Below are positions 32,615 through 42,442 of a stretch of 64,000 nucleotides of DNA, one piece after another. The stretch comes from an uncultured delta proteobacterium (lineage in GTDB: Bacteria > Desulfobacterota > Desulfobacteria > Desulfobacterales > JAHEIW01). The position numbers were made by a program, and so were the translations under genes. Under the pieces are notes generated by a model that was given only the letters and a program-made list of their open reading frames with translations, searched no databases and was not told where the DNA came from. The stretch spans positions 736,001 through 800,000 of the forward strand of contig CAVPNL010000006.1 of assembly GCA_963706575.1 (NCBI GenBank), given 5' to 3'. The stretch's first letter is position 1; each line of letters starts with the position of its first letter.

Positions 32615-35600
32615 ATGAAAACACGATCCACTCTTATTCTTCTGCCATCGAAAATCTGCAAGACGTTGAAAATAAACATATGGTTTTTTTTAGTTCTGCT
32701 GGGTTGCCTGTTGTGGGTTCCTGCAGCAGCAGAAGCGGTTACCGTAAAAGATCTGCCGGATGCGTTTACCGATGTCATCCACAAGCTCTCATCCTTAGGA
32801 GACCGTAGCACCGGCACCGCCGGCAACCAGGAATCCGCTCTTTATATCAAAGAAAAATTTGAAAAACTCGGCTATGAAAACCTGGGATCTTACCGGTTTT
32901 CGACACCGGTTATGCGGCATGTAAAAAGTACGCTTACCCTGTCAAAGCGCAATAAACCAATTGAACTGCGCCCGATTAGCGGCAATGCGGTAACACCGCA
33001 AACCGTAGGGCCTCCCGGAATCTCGGCACCATTGATTTATGCCGGCCGGGGCGAGCTGCGGGATTTGAATGGCAAGCAGGTTGCAAATTCAATCCTTTTA
33101 ATGGAGATGGATTCCGGCAAAAATTGGCTGCAGGCCGCCAATCTGGGTGCGCGGGCGGTCATTTATATTGACCGGGGGGAATCGCCCAAACAATTTTTTA
33201 AAGAAAAATTCGAACTTTCACCGCTTCAGTTCCCGCGGTTCTGGATGTCACTGGCCGAAGCCGAAAAAGCTTTTGGCGATTTTGAAAATGCCCCGGATGG
33301 TGTGGTTGACGACGAAACGCAGTTGTTTTCTCAGATCAGATGGCAGGTTGCCAGTTCAGAAAATATCTACTGCTTTGTAGACGGCACGGATCCAGAGCTC
33401 AAAGAAAGACTTATCATGGTGGAGGCCTTTTACGATAGCACCGCCACTGTGGCCGGGCTCTCTCCGGGGGCTGATGAAGCGGTCAGCATCGCCACCCTTC
33501 TGGAGCTGGCCCGCTTTCTCAAGGAAAATCCCCCCCAGCGATCGGTGCTGCTGATTGCCAGCAGCGGTCACGCTCAGACGCTTGCGGGCATGCGGGAAAT
33601 GATCTGGAGTATTTCTGCGCGATCCAAAGATATGCGTAATTTAATAAAGTCATTTAAAGCGCTGGTTAAAGAAAAGCGCAAGACCATCAAGCTGTTAAAA
33701 AACATGCCTTTTGATTCGGCCGGCGCGGGGGATCCGGCAGATGAGGAAACCACCCGCCTGCTCAAAGCAGCCATTGACGAACGCTTGAAGACAGAATCGG
33801 ACCGGGTATCCCGGCGCCTGATGCAGCTTCGTTTGGAAAAAAGGGATAAGGCCAATACCGAAAAAATTCAGAAGCTGGCCGATGAAAGGCTGTTGCTCAA
33901 ACGCCTGATGTTCAGCAGCGATTTTACGGATCTTTCGGCTGAAGACCGCCAGGCGCTTTCACATTTGATTCCCAAGACGATTGAAGATCAAAAGGCCATT
34001 CTGACAGATGCCGCCAGACATTCCAGAGAGATCGGCGATGCCCGCAGTTTCAGGAGCCAGCTGAAGGCCTATGATCTGGATGTTGCCGTATCGCTGCATT
34101 TATCCAGCCATGGTGACGGATTCGGCGCCTTCAATTACGGCTGGATGTTTCCGTTCAGGCCCCGCATCAATCGTACCGCTATTTACAGCACGCTGGATGA
34201 GGTCCTGCGGCAGGGGGCAGACCGGATTGAAAAAGCCCTGGGGCATTCCGGCATGTATAAAGACAGCCTGCGGCCCAGTCGGAAACGGTCCTGGCAAAGC
34301 TATTTTCTCGATCAGCCGCCCCTTGGCGGGGAGTTGACCGCGCTGGCCGGCGTTCACGGGCTGACGTTTGCCACCACCCATGACGCCAGAGCGCGCTGGG
34401 GCACACCCTATGATAAGCCTGAATACGTTGATGCCGCCTTTGCGCTCAAACAAAGCGCGGTGGTCTGCAGGCTGATTGAACATCTGGCACGCACCCCCAG
34501 GCTGCATGACGATTTTTTTCCCCGAATCGGCTATTCGGCTGTCGTCGGAAGGGCCAAATTTCTGCGGCACGGTGAGCTGTTTGCCGATCAGCCGGCACCC
34601 GGAACCGTGCTTCTTTGCTATCAAGGTCCGGCCCGCTTTTACGTCATGGTCGATCACCTGGGCATGTTTTACCTCAGGGGTGTGGCGGACAAAAAACACA
34701 GTTATCATAAGATCATTTTTGAAGGCTATAAATTTGATCCTGAAAGCGGCAAGGTTATCTGGACCATCGATAAAAAGAAGACCGGAAAAGCCGCCTACCG
34801 CACCAAAATGTACCGGCGGTTAATGGAAACCGATATGGTGATGTTTGCCAGTGATGGGACGACCCTGTTCAATCTGCTGGAGCCGCGGACTTTCCGACAT
34901 CTGAGCAAAGCCAAGATTATTGATGGCCGACGGGAATCCGATCCGTTGCGCTGGTTTATGAGCAGGCTTGACACCTGGATTTCAGATTATTCCAACGCAT
35001 CGATTATCACGACCATCTTTTTAGAGCCCGGCACGCCGTTAAAATTAACCCTGTCTGATACAGTGCTGCGAAATAAAGCGGTATTGCTCAATGCCAGCGA
35101 TGAGAAATCCACCGGTACCGGATACATTGTGGGCAAAACACCCTTTTTACACCGCACCGAATATCATGTGGCCAAAGACATGTGGACGTTGCTGGAGCCG
35201 CGGATTTCCAATCTTGAAAAACGCGGGATTTTCAACGAACGCATCCGCAGCCTTCAAAAGGAGGGATTGGCTGCTTTAAGAGACGCACAGCAGGCCTATG
35301 AGAATAAGAAGTACGATCAATTTTCCGAGGCCAGTGTCCGGTCGTGGGCCCTGGCCACCCGCGTTTATGATGATGTGGAGAAAACTCAAAAAGACGTGCT
35401 TTACGGGGTCTTATTCTACGTTGCCCTTTTTGTTCCCTTCGCCTTTTGTATGGAACGTCTTTTGTTCTCCTATGCCAATATCTATAAACGCATCATCGCC
35501 TTCTCCATGATTCTCATTTTGCTGATCGCTTTAATCTATAATGTGCACCCGGCATTTCGCCTGGCATACAGCCCCATGGTGGTTATTCTGGCTTTTTTCA

Positions 35601-37531
35601 TTATGGGGCTTTCCTTTATGGTGACGCTGATTATCTTTTTCCGTTTTGAAGGGGAAATGACGCTGCTTCAAACCAGGGCGAAAATGGTTCAGGCCGAAGA
35701 ACTCGGGCGCTGGAAAGCATTTGCCGCGGCCTTCATGCTGGGGGTCAGCAATTTAAGACGCCGGCGCCTGCGGACCGCTTTGACCTGTGCCACATTGATC
35801 ATTTTAACGTTCACCATCATGAGCTTTACGGCGGTCAAGTCCATGCGGCACCATGCCAGGCTGCTGTACGAACCGACGGCGCCTTATAACGGATTTCTTT
35901 TAAAAAATGTCAACTGGCACGATTTGCCGCCCCAGGCGCTGGGATTTATCACCAACAATTTCGCTCAAAAAGGAATCAGTGTCCCGCGCGTCTGGATGGA
36001 GGATGAGGACAGAACCCGCACAACGCGCATTCCGGTTTATCATAACGGCCGATCATTTGAAGCCCAGGGCCTGGTCGGTCTTTCGCATCTGGAACCCCGT
36101 GTTTCGAGACTTGATGAGATCCTGATCGGCGGACGCTGGCTGGCGGAAAATGAGCTGAATACGATTTTGTTGCCCGAGCGCATGGCGAAGAATTTGGGGA
36201 TCAACCCCCAGAAGCCTCAAGGAGCGATCGTGTCCATGTGGGGTATGCCTTTTGAGGTGGTGGGAGTTTTTTCGGGCGAAAAATTGCAGCAGCGGCACGA
36301 CCTGGACGGAGAGCCGCTAACGCCGGCGACCTTTCCGCGTGAGGTTTCCACCGAAATGTCGGAAGAAGAGGTCGATGCCATGGACTCCGGTGATGATGTG
36401 CGCGAATTTCAGAGCCGCTATGAGCATATCCCCGGTGATTTGACCATGATCATTCCCTATCGCAGCCTGCTGGCGGCCGGCGGTCATCTGAAAGCTGTGG
36501 CCATCGTACCGCAGACCAAAATATCCATTCAGCAAGAAGCCCAGCACCTGGTGGACCGCTTTGGGCTGTCGCTGTTCAGCGGAGAGCCGGACGGGACCTA
36601 TCTTTATCATGCCAGCGATACCATGAGTTACAGCGGAGTGCCCAACATTATTATTCCCATTATCATTTCGGTGTTTATTGTTTTAAACACGATGATCGGC
36701 AGTGTTTATGAACGCAAGCGTGAAATCGCGATATACACCTCGGTGGGGCTGGCACCATCGCATGTGTCTTTTTTATTTATCGCCGAGGCCATGGCCCTGG
36801 CAGTCATCAGTGTGGTCCTGGGGTATCTGCTGGCCCAGACATCGGCCAAACTGTTTGCCGAAACAGCTCTCTGGTCGGGAATCACCGTTAATTATTCTTC
36901 CTGGTCCGGGGTAGCGGCCATGGTCCTGGTGATCATTGTCGTGCTGGTCTCCGTTCTCTACCCGTCAAAAGTGGCCGGTGAAATCGCCATCCCCGATGTC
37001 AATCGGGCATGGACGCTTCCCAAGGCAGACGGAAATGTCCTGGAGGTTGCTCTACCATTTTACATGAGCTATACGGAACATCGCAGCATCGGCGGGTTTT
37101 TGCTGGAATATTTCCAGGGCCACCAGGATGTATCGCACGGATTGTTTTCAACCGGTGATATCGATTTTGGCTTCAGCTGCCAGACGGCTCCCGGTCTTTC
37201 CGATGACGCTGACGACTGCCCGCAGGAAGCCTGTGAATATGATGCCTGCCTTCAGGTGCAGTCCAGCGTTTGGCTGGCACCCTTTGATTTTGGAATCAAT
37301 CAGAAAGTGGATCTGCAGTTTTGTCCGGCCGCAGATGAGCCCGGGTTTCTCGAGATCAAGATTCGTCTGATTCGTGAATCGGGCGAAGCCAATGCCTGGC
37401 GGCGGATCAACAAAGGATTTTTACACAGCATTCGCAAGCAGTTGTTGCTGTGGCGCTCTTTTGATTTTCCCACCAAGCAGCACTATGAACAGTTGTTGGC
37501 AGAAGCCGAAAAGAAAAAGGGAATCGGATGA
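32615..37531 (+). CDS. ~1640 aa fusion: signal peptide, PA + M28-peptidase-like ectodomain, TM helices, MacB-like periplasmic region and FtsX permease; start uncertain (32543-32615)
   Basis: DRSTGTAGN, APLIYAGRG (PA), AFYDS...PGADE...LLELAR (M28 fold), SNLRRRRLRTALT, VLNTMIGSVYERKREIAIYTSVGL (FtsX). Confidence 0.85.
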   Translation: MKTRSTLILLPSKICKTLKINIWFFLVLLGCLLWVPAAAEAVTVKDLPDAFTDVIHKLSSLGDRSTGTAGNQESALYIKEKFEKLGYENLGSYRFSTPVMRHVKSTLTLSKRNKPIELRPISGNAVTPQTVGPPGISAPLIYAGRGELRDLNGKQVANSILLMEMDSGKNWLQAANLGARAVIYIDRGESPKQFFKEKFELSPLQFPRFWMSLAEAEKAFGDFENAPDGVVDDETQLFSQIRWQVASSENIYCFVDGTDPELKERLIMVEAFYDSTATVAGLSPGADEAVSIATLLELARFLKENPPQRSVLLIASSGHAQTLAGMREMIWSISARSKDMRNLIKSFKALVKEKRKTIKLLKNMPFDSAGAGDPADEETTRLLKAAIDERLKTESDRVSRRLMQLRLEKRDKANTEKIQKLADERLLLKRLMFSSDFTDLSAEDRQALSHLIPKTIEDQKAILTDAARHSREIGDARSFRSQLKAYDLDVAVSLHLSSHGDGFGAFNYGWMFPFRPRINRTAIYSTLDEVLRQGADRIEKALGHSGMYKDSLRPSRKRSWQSYFLDQPPLGGELTALAGVHGLTFATTHDARARWGTPYDKPEYVDAAFALKQSAVVCRLIEHLARTPRLHDDFFPRIGYSAVVGRAKFLRHGELFADQPAPGTVLLCYQGPARFYVMVDHLGMFYLRGVADKKHSYHKIIFEGYKFDPESGKVIWTIDKKKTGKAAYRTKMYRRLMETDMVMFASDGTTLFNLLEPRTFRHLSKAKIIDGRRESDPLRWFMSRLDTWISDYSNASIITTIFLEPGTPLKLTLSDTVLRNKAVLLNASDEKSTGTGYIVGKTPFLHRTEYHVAKDMWTLLEPRISNLEKRGIFNERIRSLQKEGLAALRDAQQAYENKKYDQFSEASVRSWALATRVYDDVEKTQKDVLYGVLFYVALFVPFAFCMERLLFSYANIYKRIIAFSMILILLIALIYNVHPAFRLAYSPMVVILAFFIMGLSFMVTLIIFFRFEGEMTLLQTRAKMVQAEELGRWKAFAAAFMLGVSNLRRRRLRTALTCATLIILTFTIMSFTAVKSMRHHARLLYEPTAPYNGFLLKNVNWHDLPPQALGFITNNFAQKGISVPRVWMEDEDRTRTTRIPVYHNGRSFEAQGLVGLSHLEPRVSRLDEILIGGRWLAENELNTILLPERMAKNLGINPQKPQGAIVSMWGMPFEVVGVFSGEKLQQRHDLDGEPLTPATFPREVSTEMSEEEVDAMDSGDDVREFQSRYEHIPGDLTMIIPYRSLLAAGGHLKAVAIVPQTKISIQQEAQHLVDRFGLSLFSGEPDGTYLYHASDTMSYSGVPNIIIPIIISVFIVLNTMIGSVYERKREIAIYTSVGLAPSHVSFLFIAEAMALAVISVVLGYLLAQTSAKLFAETALWSGITVNYSSWSGVAAMVLVIIVVLVSVLYPSKVAGEIAIPDVNRAWTLPKADGNVLEVALPFYMSYTEHRSIGGFLLEYFQGHQDVSHGLFSTGDIDFGFSCQTAPGLSDDADDCPQEACEYDACLQVQSSVWLAPFDFGINQKVDLQFCPAADEPGFLEIKIRLIRESGEANAWRRINKGFLHSIRKQLLLWRSFDFPTKQHYEQLLAEAEKKKGIG

Positions 37532-39567
37532 CAGAGAATCAGCAACCGGCGACAAATGAAGAATCGCTGACAACCTACGGGGAAAAAAAATCCGGTCAAA
37601 AGATCCGGTTGCGGGCCATTGTGCTGGGATCGCTTTTTGCGCTGGCGATCTGTCTGATCACACCGTTTAACAATGCATACCGCCAGGCAACGCCGCTGGG
37701 CGGCGGCCATTTCCCGCTGGCGCCTTTTTATGTTCTGGTGTGGTTGATGATCTTAACGGCTTTTGCCCGCATGCTATTTAAAGGCCGCAAGCTCATTACC
37801 GGAAAAGAACTCCTGGTGTCCTGGGCATTGATGGTGCTGTTATCCGGAGTTGCCTGGACCGGATTGGCGCGCACCTTTTTTATCAATTTGACCGCACCGT
37901 TTCATTTTGCCACGGTTGAAAACCGCTGGTCGGAGGTGCTGCATCCCCTTCTTCCCAGCAGCTGGTATCCCCAGAGTAAAGACGCCATTGTCAGCGTATA
38001 CAACGGCCTTACCGATGGCCGGCAACTGGGGTGGTTCGACATTCTCACCCAGATTCAATGGGATGCCTGGCTCCCCCCGCTGCTGACCTGGACGATTTTT
38101 ATTCTGCTCTGCTATTTTGTCATGGTCTGTATCGTTAATCTTTTAAGCAAGCAGCCCTTGTACAATGAACGCATGAACTTTCCCCTGTTGCGGGTACCCT
38201 TCGTTATGCAAGAGGCGCTGGATGAGACAGGGCTGGGCCGGTTTTTTGCCAACCGCTTTCTCATCGCGGGGCTGGCGGTTCCAATTTGCCTGCACCTGCT
38301 CAACGGGCTGGGCTTTTATAATCCATCCATACCCCAGATTCCCACGCTGATTCTGGCGGGTAAGTATTTCCCGAAAGTCGGCCTTCTTTCCGGATTTTTT
38401 AAACTAAAAATCTACCTTTACCCGGCCTTTATCGGGTTTGCATTTTTGACATCCAAACAGATTTCCTTTTCTTTCTGGTTCTTTTTTATATTGGGGACTT
38501 TACTGTTCGGATTGCTCAGCGTGCTGGGTTTAAATATTCCGGCAGCCGCACTGGGCGTCACCTTCGGTCCGACAATTTCGCGTCCTGAAGAGACCCAGAT
38601 GATCGGCGCCTACATTGTTTTTTTTCTGTTTCTTGCCTGGTTGGCCCGATTTCATTTCATTAATATTGCCCGTTTAGGATTCGGTTTTAAAAAGGAAGAC
38701 AATTTGGAGTCCGAATGGCTGTCCACGCGCTTTGCATTCTGGGGGTTTATTGCCGGAAGCCTGGCCATTGTCATCTGGTGTCATTCTTTCGGTATTCCGT
38801 TGTTATTTTCAATTCTGGTGGTTTTTGCCTTTTTTATGTTTACCCTGGTCGCCATGCGCGTTATCTGCCAGGGGGGAATTGCTTATTTTACCCTGACCGC
38901 CGCTCCCATGGACGGGCTGATGGCCTTTTTCGGCGCCAAACCTTTCACCAGTCTCGGAATCCTGGTAGCCGCCGTCATTCAAAAGGTACTGTTTGTCGAT
39001 TTGCGGGAATCGCTGATGCCGTCATTGTTGCATGCTCGTAAAATAACGGACGAGGCACGCAACAATCGCTTCATATTTTTTGCTATTGCGCTCACCTTAA
39101 TTGCCGGTGTCGTGATTTCATTTCTGGCCATGCTGGCGCTTTGTTACAAATTCGGTATGCGTGAATTGCAGCTGGACTGGGCCACCCGGACGACCATCAC
39201 CGTTTACGATAATGTTTACAGCCTGGTTGAATCACCGCTAAAGCCCGGAGACTGGGTGCTGATCTTTTCCATTACCGGCGCCGTCGTCATGCTGGTGTTA
39301 GTTATTTGTTATCATCGGTTTTACTGGTGGCCGATTCATCCGATTGGCTACCTGACGGCTTACAGCTCCGCCATGCGGATCCTGTGGTTCAGTTTTTTCG
39401 TCGGATGGGCCTGCAACGCCCTGGCTATGCGTTACGGGGGTGTGAGACTGTTTAAAAAACTGCGTTACTTTTTTATCGGGCTGATTATCGGTGATTTTTT
39501 CATGGCCGGCACCTGGGCCATTATCGGAATCTTTAGCCATTCCAGCTATCTGGTGTTGCCCAATTAA
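37528..39567 (+). CDS. Polytopic membrane protein, DUF6785/DUF6784-like
   Basis: Many TM helices; WLPPLLTW, ERMNFPL, WWPIHPIGY, RYGG and FFIGLIIGD motifs; ATGA overlap with the upstream gene. Confidence 0.75.
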   Translation: MTENQQPATNEESLTTYGEKKSGQKIRLRAIVLGSLFALAICLITPFNNAYRQATPLGGGHFPLAPFYVLVWLMILTAFARMLFKGRKLITGKELLVSWALMVLLSGVAWTGLARTFFINLTAPFHFATVENRWSEVLHPLLPSSWYPQSKDAIVSVYNGLTDGRQLGWFDILTQIQWDAWLPPLLTWTIFILLCYFVMVCIVNLLSKQPLYNERMNFPLLRVPFVMQEALDETGLGRFFANRFLIAGLAVPICLHLLNGLGFYNPSIPQIPTLILAGKYFPKVGLLSGFFKLKIYLYPAFIGFAFLTSKQISFSFWFFFILGTLLFGLLSVLGLNIPAAALGVTFGPTISRPEETQMIGAYIVFFLFLAWLARFHFINIARLGFGFKKEDNLESEWLSTRFAFWGFIAGSLAIVIWCHSFGIPLLFSILVVFAFFMFTLVAMRVICQGGIAYFTLTAAPMDGLMAFFGAKPFTSLGILVAAVIQKVLFVDLRESLMPSLLHARKITDEARNNRFIFFAIALTLIAGVVISFLAMLALCYKFGMRELQLDWATRTTITVYDNVYSLVESPLKPGDWVLIFSITGAVVMLVLVICYHRFYWWPIHPIGYLTAYSSAMRILWFSFFVGWACNALAMRYGGVRLFKKLRYFFIGLIIGDFFMAGTWAIIGIFSHSSYLVLPN

Positions 39568-39709
39568 TGGCATGCGCGTACATGGCGCATTTGGCATTGG
39601 TTATTGGTAGGCATCTAGATTTGACATGATAAGAATTTTTTTGAACATGACCGGAATCACACCTGTATACACCAATTAATCGGTACAGTAACTAGGCGAT
39701 TGGATTATC

Positions 39710-41669
39710 ATGTACGAAGACAAGGAACTGCAAGAGTATCGGGACCTGTTGGAGACCCCGAATCATTTTGAGGAAGGCTTTGACTGGAAAACCGTTGTCG
39801 GTGCAATATTTATCGGGTTTCTCATGATGCCCGGCAGCATGTATCTGCAGCTGGTTATCGGCACCGGTATCGGGCCGGCGGCCCGCTGGGTAACGATCAT
39901 CCTGTTTGCCGAACTGGCCAAGCGGTCATACAGCGAATTAAGGCAGCAGGAAATATTTCTGCTTTACTATATGGCCGGAGCGGCCTTGTCGACACCCTTT
40001 CAGGGTTTATTATGGAACCAGTACCTGGTCCAGTCAGATGCCGCGCGCATGCTGGGTGTCACCGAGTTCATCCCCGCCTGGGTGGCACCGTCACCGGAGT
40101 CCGACTCGCTGGTGGAGCGTACCTTTTTCCACCGGGACTGGCTGATCCCTATTCTGTTGCTGGTCGGCACCCAGATCATTCAGCGTATCGATCAGTTCGG
40201 TTTGGGATATGCGCTTTTCCGGATTACCTCGGATGTCGAAAAGCTGCCTTTTCCCATGGCACCGGTGGCGGCCTTAGGAACCATGGCCCTGGCTGAATCA
40301 ACCGAGGACAAGAAAAAAAGCTGGAAATGGCGGGTCTTTTCCATCGGCGGTGTCATCGGGCTGGCCTTTGGCGCGATTTACGTATTGTTGCCCACCGTGT
40401 CGGGCCTCATCCTTATGGAGCCGATCCGTTTGATTCCGATTCCCTGGGTCGAGCTGACCGGCCATACCGAAGGGGTGCTGCCGGCCGTTGCTACCGGGAT
40501 TCAACTGGACCTGGGCCTGGTTTTTATCGGTATGGTGCTGCCCTTCTGGGCCGTCATCGGCGGGCTGGTGGGAATTACTCATTACGGTGATTGCCAATCC
40601 GATTCTTTATCATAACGGTATCCTGACCCGCTGGCACCCGGGCATGGAAACCGTCGATACCATGTTTGCCAATAATTTCGATTTTTACATGAGTTTCAGC
40701 ATCGGTTTGGGTCTGGCCATTGCTTTTGTGGGCATCTGGCATGTGGTGCGCTCCTTTGGAAAGAGCGAGGGGAATAGAGGCAGCTTGCGGGATCTATTTC
40801 GCCCACCACCCGGCCGGGGGGATTTCAATTTCTGGATTTCCATCGGCATATATGTTTTTTCCACAATTTCTTATGTGTTGCTTTGCCTGTGGCTGGTTCC
40901 CAATTTTCCCTGGCCCTTTTTTATTGCTTACGGCTTTATTTACACACCGATCGTTTCTTATATTACGGCCCGGATGGAAGGTATTGCCGGGCAGTTTGTC
41001 AGCTTGCCGCTGGTCCGAGAGATTAGCTTTATTGCCGGTGCCAAATATTTCGGCTATCAGGGCATCGAGATCTGGTATGCGCCGATTCCGATTCACAATT
41101 ATGGTGAGGCCACCGTTAATTTTCGGCAAATTGAGCTTACCGGCACCAGCATCCGCGGGATTATCAAGTCGGAAATCGTGGTATTTCCGATTGTCATGGT
41201 CGCCAGCCTGCTTTTTTCACAATTTATCTGGCGCCTGGCCCCCATACCCTCCAGCGCCTACCCCTTTGCCCAGGAAATCTGGCATCTGCAGGCGTTAAAT
41301 ACCCTGTTGATGCAAAGCTCGACCCTGGAAGGCAATGCTGCTTTCTATCAGGCGCTGAATTTTGTCTATGTGATTGCCGGTGTTGGATTGGGCGTGGTTA
41401 CCTATGCGATATTGACCACGTTTGGTTTGCCGATTATGCTGGTGTATGGTATGGTGCGCGGTTTGGGCCAGACCCTGCCGCACGCCATTATTCCGGAGGT
41501 GGTCGGGGCTCTGTTGGGCCGCTTCTTTTTTTTAAAACGTTACGGCGCGATGTGGCGCCAGTATGCGCCGGTACTGCTGGCCGGATTTTCCTGCGGTATG
41601 GGGCTGACCGGAATGTTTGCCATGGGCGTTACACTGATATTGAAGTCCTTGGGTCGACTGGCTTACTAG
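39710..41669 (+). CDS. OPT-like (oligopeptide transporter superfamily) membrane protein; frameshift near 40575
   Basis: FEEGFDWKTVVG, AARWVTIILFAE, TSDVEKLPFPMAP; highly hydrophobic over ~650 aa. Confidence 0.7.
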
Positions 41670-41921
41670 GGTCGTGTCCCGCAAAAATGTTATAAAAATC
41701 GTTTGGTAAATTTTAATTCAGTTAAATTTTTTAAACAACACAATGTCTTTGGTTTCAGGTGTCAGAAAAAGATGACAGAATGCGAATTCCGATAATTTTT
41801 AACGTCATCAGGCTCCTTACCCTGACACCTGAAACCCGACACCTGAAACCTGTATTGTTGAAAGAGAAGATTGATAAGCTCAATCCGTATTTTATAAATT
41901 ACTTGTTGGACACAACACTAG
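41666..41921. mobile_element. CTAG-bounded MITE-like shell (same family as 15709-15874, opposite orientation) containing an inverted heptamer array
   Basis: ctagggtcgtgtcc ... ggacacaacactag; inner ggtttcaggtgtcag ... ctgacacctgaaacccgacacctgaaacc (41751-41850). Confidence 0.7.
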
Positions 41922-42213
41922 AACCCATCTCAAAAATGTCTTTTGGCCCAATCCGCCAGAGGCGGATAAATCTCTTTGTTGGTGACTCGTTTCAAATCCT
42001 CGACATACATAAGTATGCCTGCGGTTTTCGACCCACAAGGATTATAAGATCAGGCGGGAAGCCCCGCTCAGCGGGCGACGCCCCTTAAAATAATAAAATC
42101 GATGCGGGATCCAGCTGAGCTGGAAAAACTCGGCCCCGCCGCGCGTGTCCCGGCGAAGCCTTTAGGCGAAGACAGAATCTTGAACCAAAAGCCTATTTTT
42201 GAGATGGGTTTTA
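41919..42213. repeat. Palindromic element with CATAC-n-GTATG core, expanded by small hairpin insertions
   Basis: tagaacccatctcaaaaat ... atttttgagatgggtttta (18/19 IR); core aatcctcgacatac-ataa-gtatgcctgcggtt. Confidence 0.75.
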
Positions 42214-42233
42214 ATGCCCATCGTCTTCAGCCT

Positions 42234-42344
42234 TATAATGGTTGTTAAAAAAACGTTGCAGTATTCAAATATTTTTTCTACAACCGTCCATGCCTTTATG
42301 CCGCAATTTCGTATCTGGGAACATTATGATGGAAAGCGGTATAG
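42234..42344 (+). repeat. ~110 bp repeat, inverted copy of 44119-44230
   Basis: ttgttaaaaaaacg...acaaccgt...ccgcaatt...gaacattatgatggaaagcggtatag. Confidence 0.85.
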
Positions 42345-42442
42345 ACCAAAAGAAACCTTGATTCTCTTGGATAAACACTTAATTTAATATTTTGAAAGCA
42401 TATTCGGCTTTTGCCGACCTTTTTTTTATTTAGGACCCAAAA

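Noticed and set aside
42199..42387. Paralogous small ORFs 42199..42387 (+) and 43914..44222 (-)
   Set aside because: Their similarity comes from the ~110 bp inverted repeat; there is no evidence of coding.
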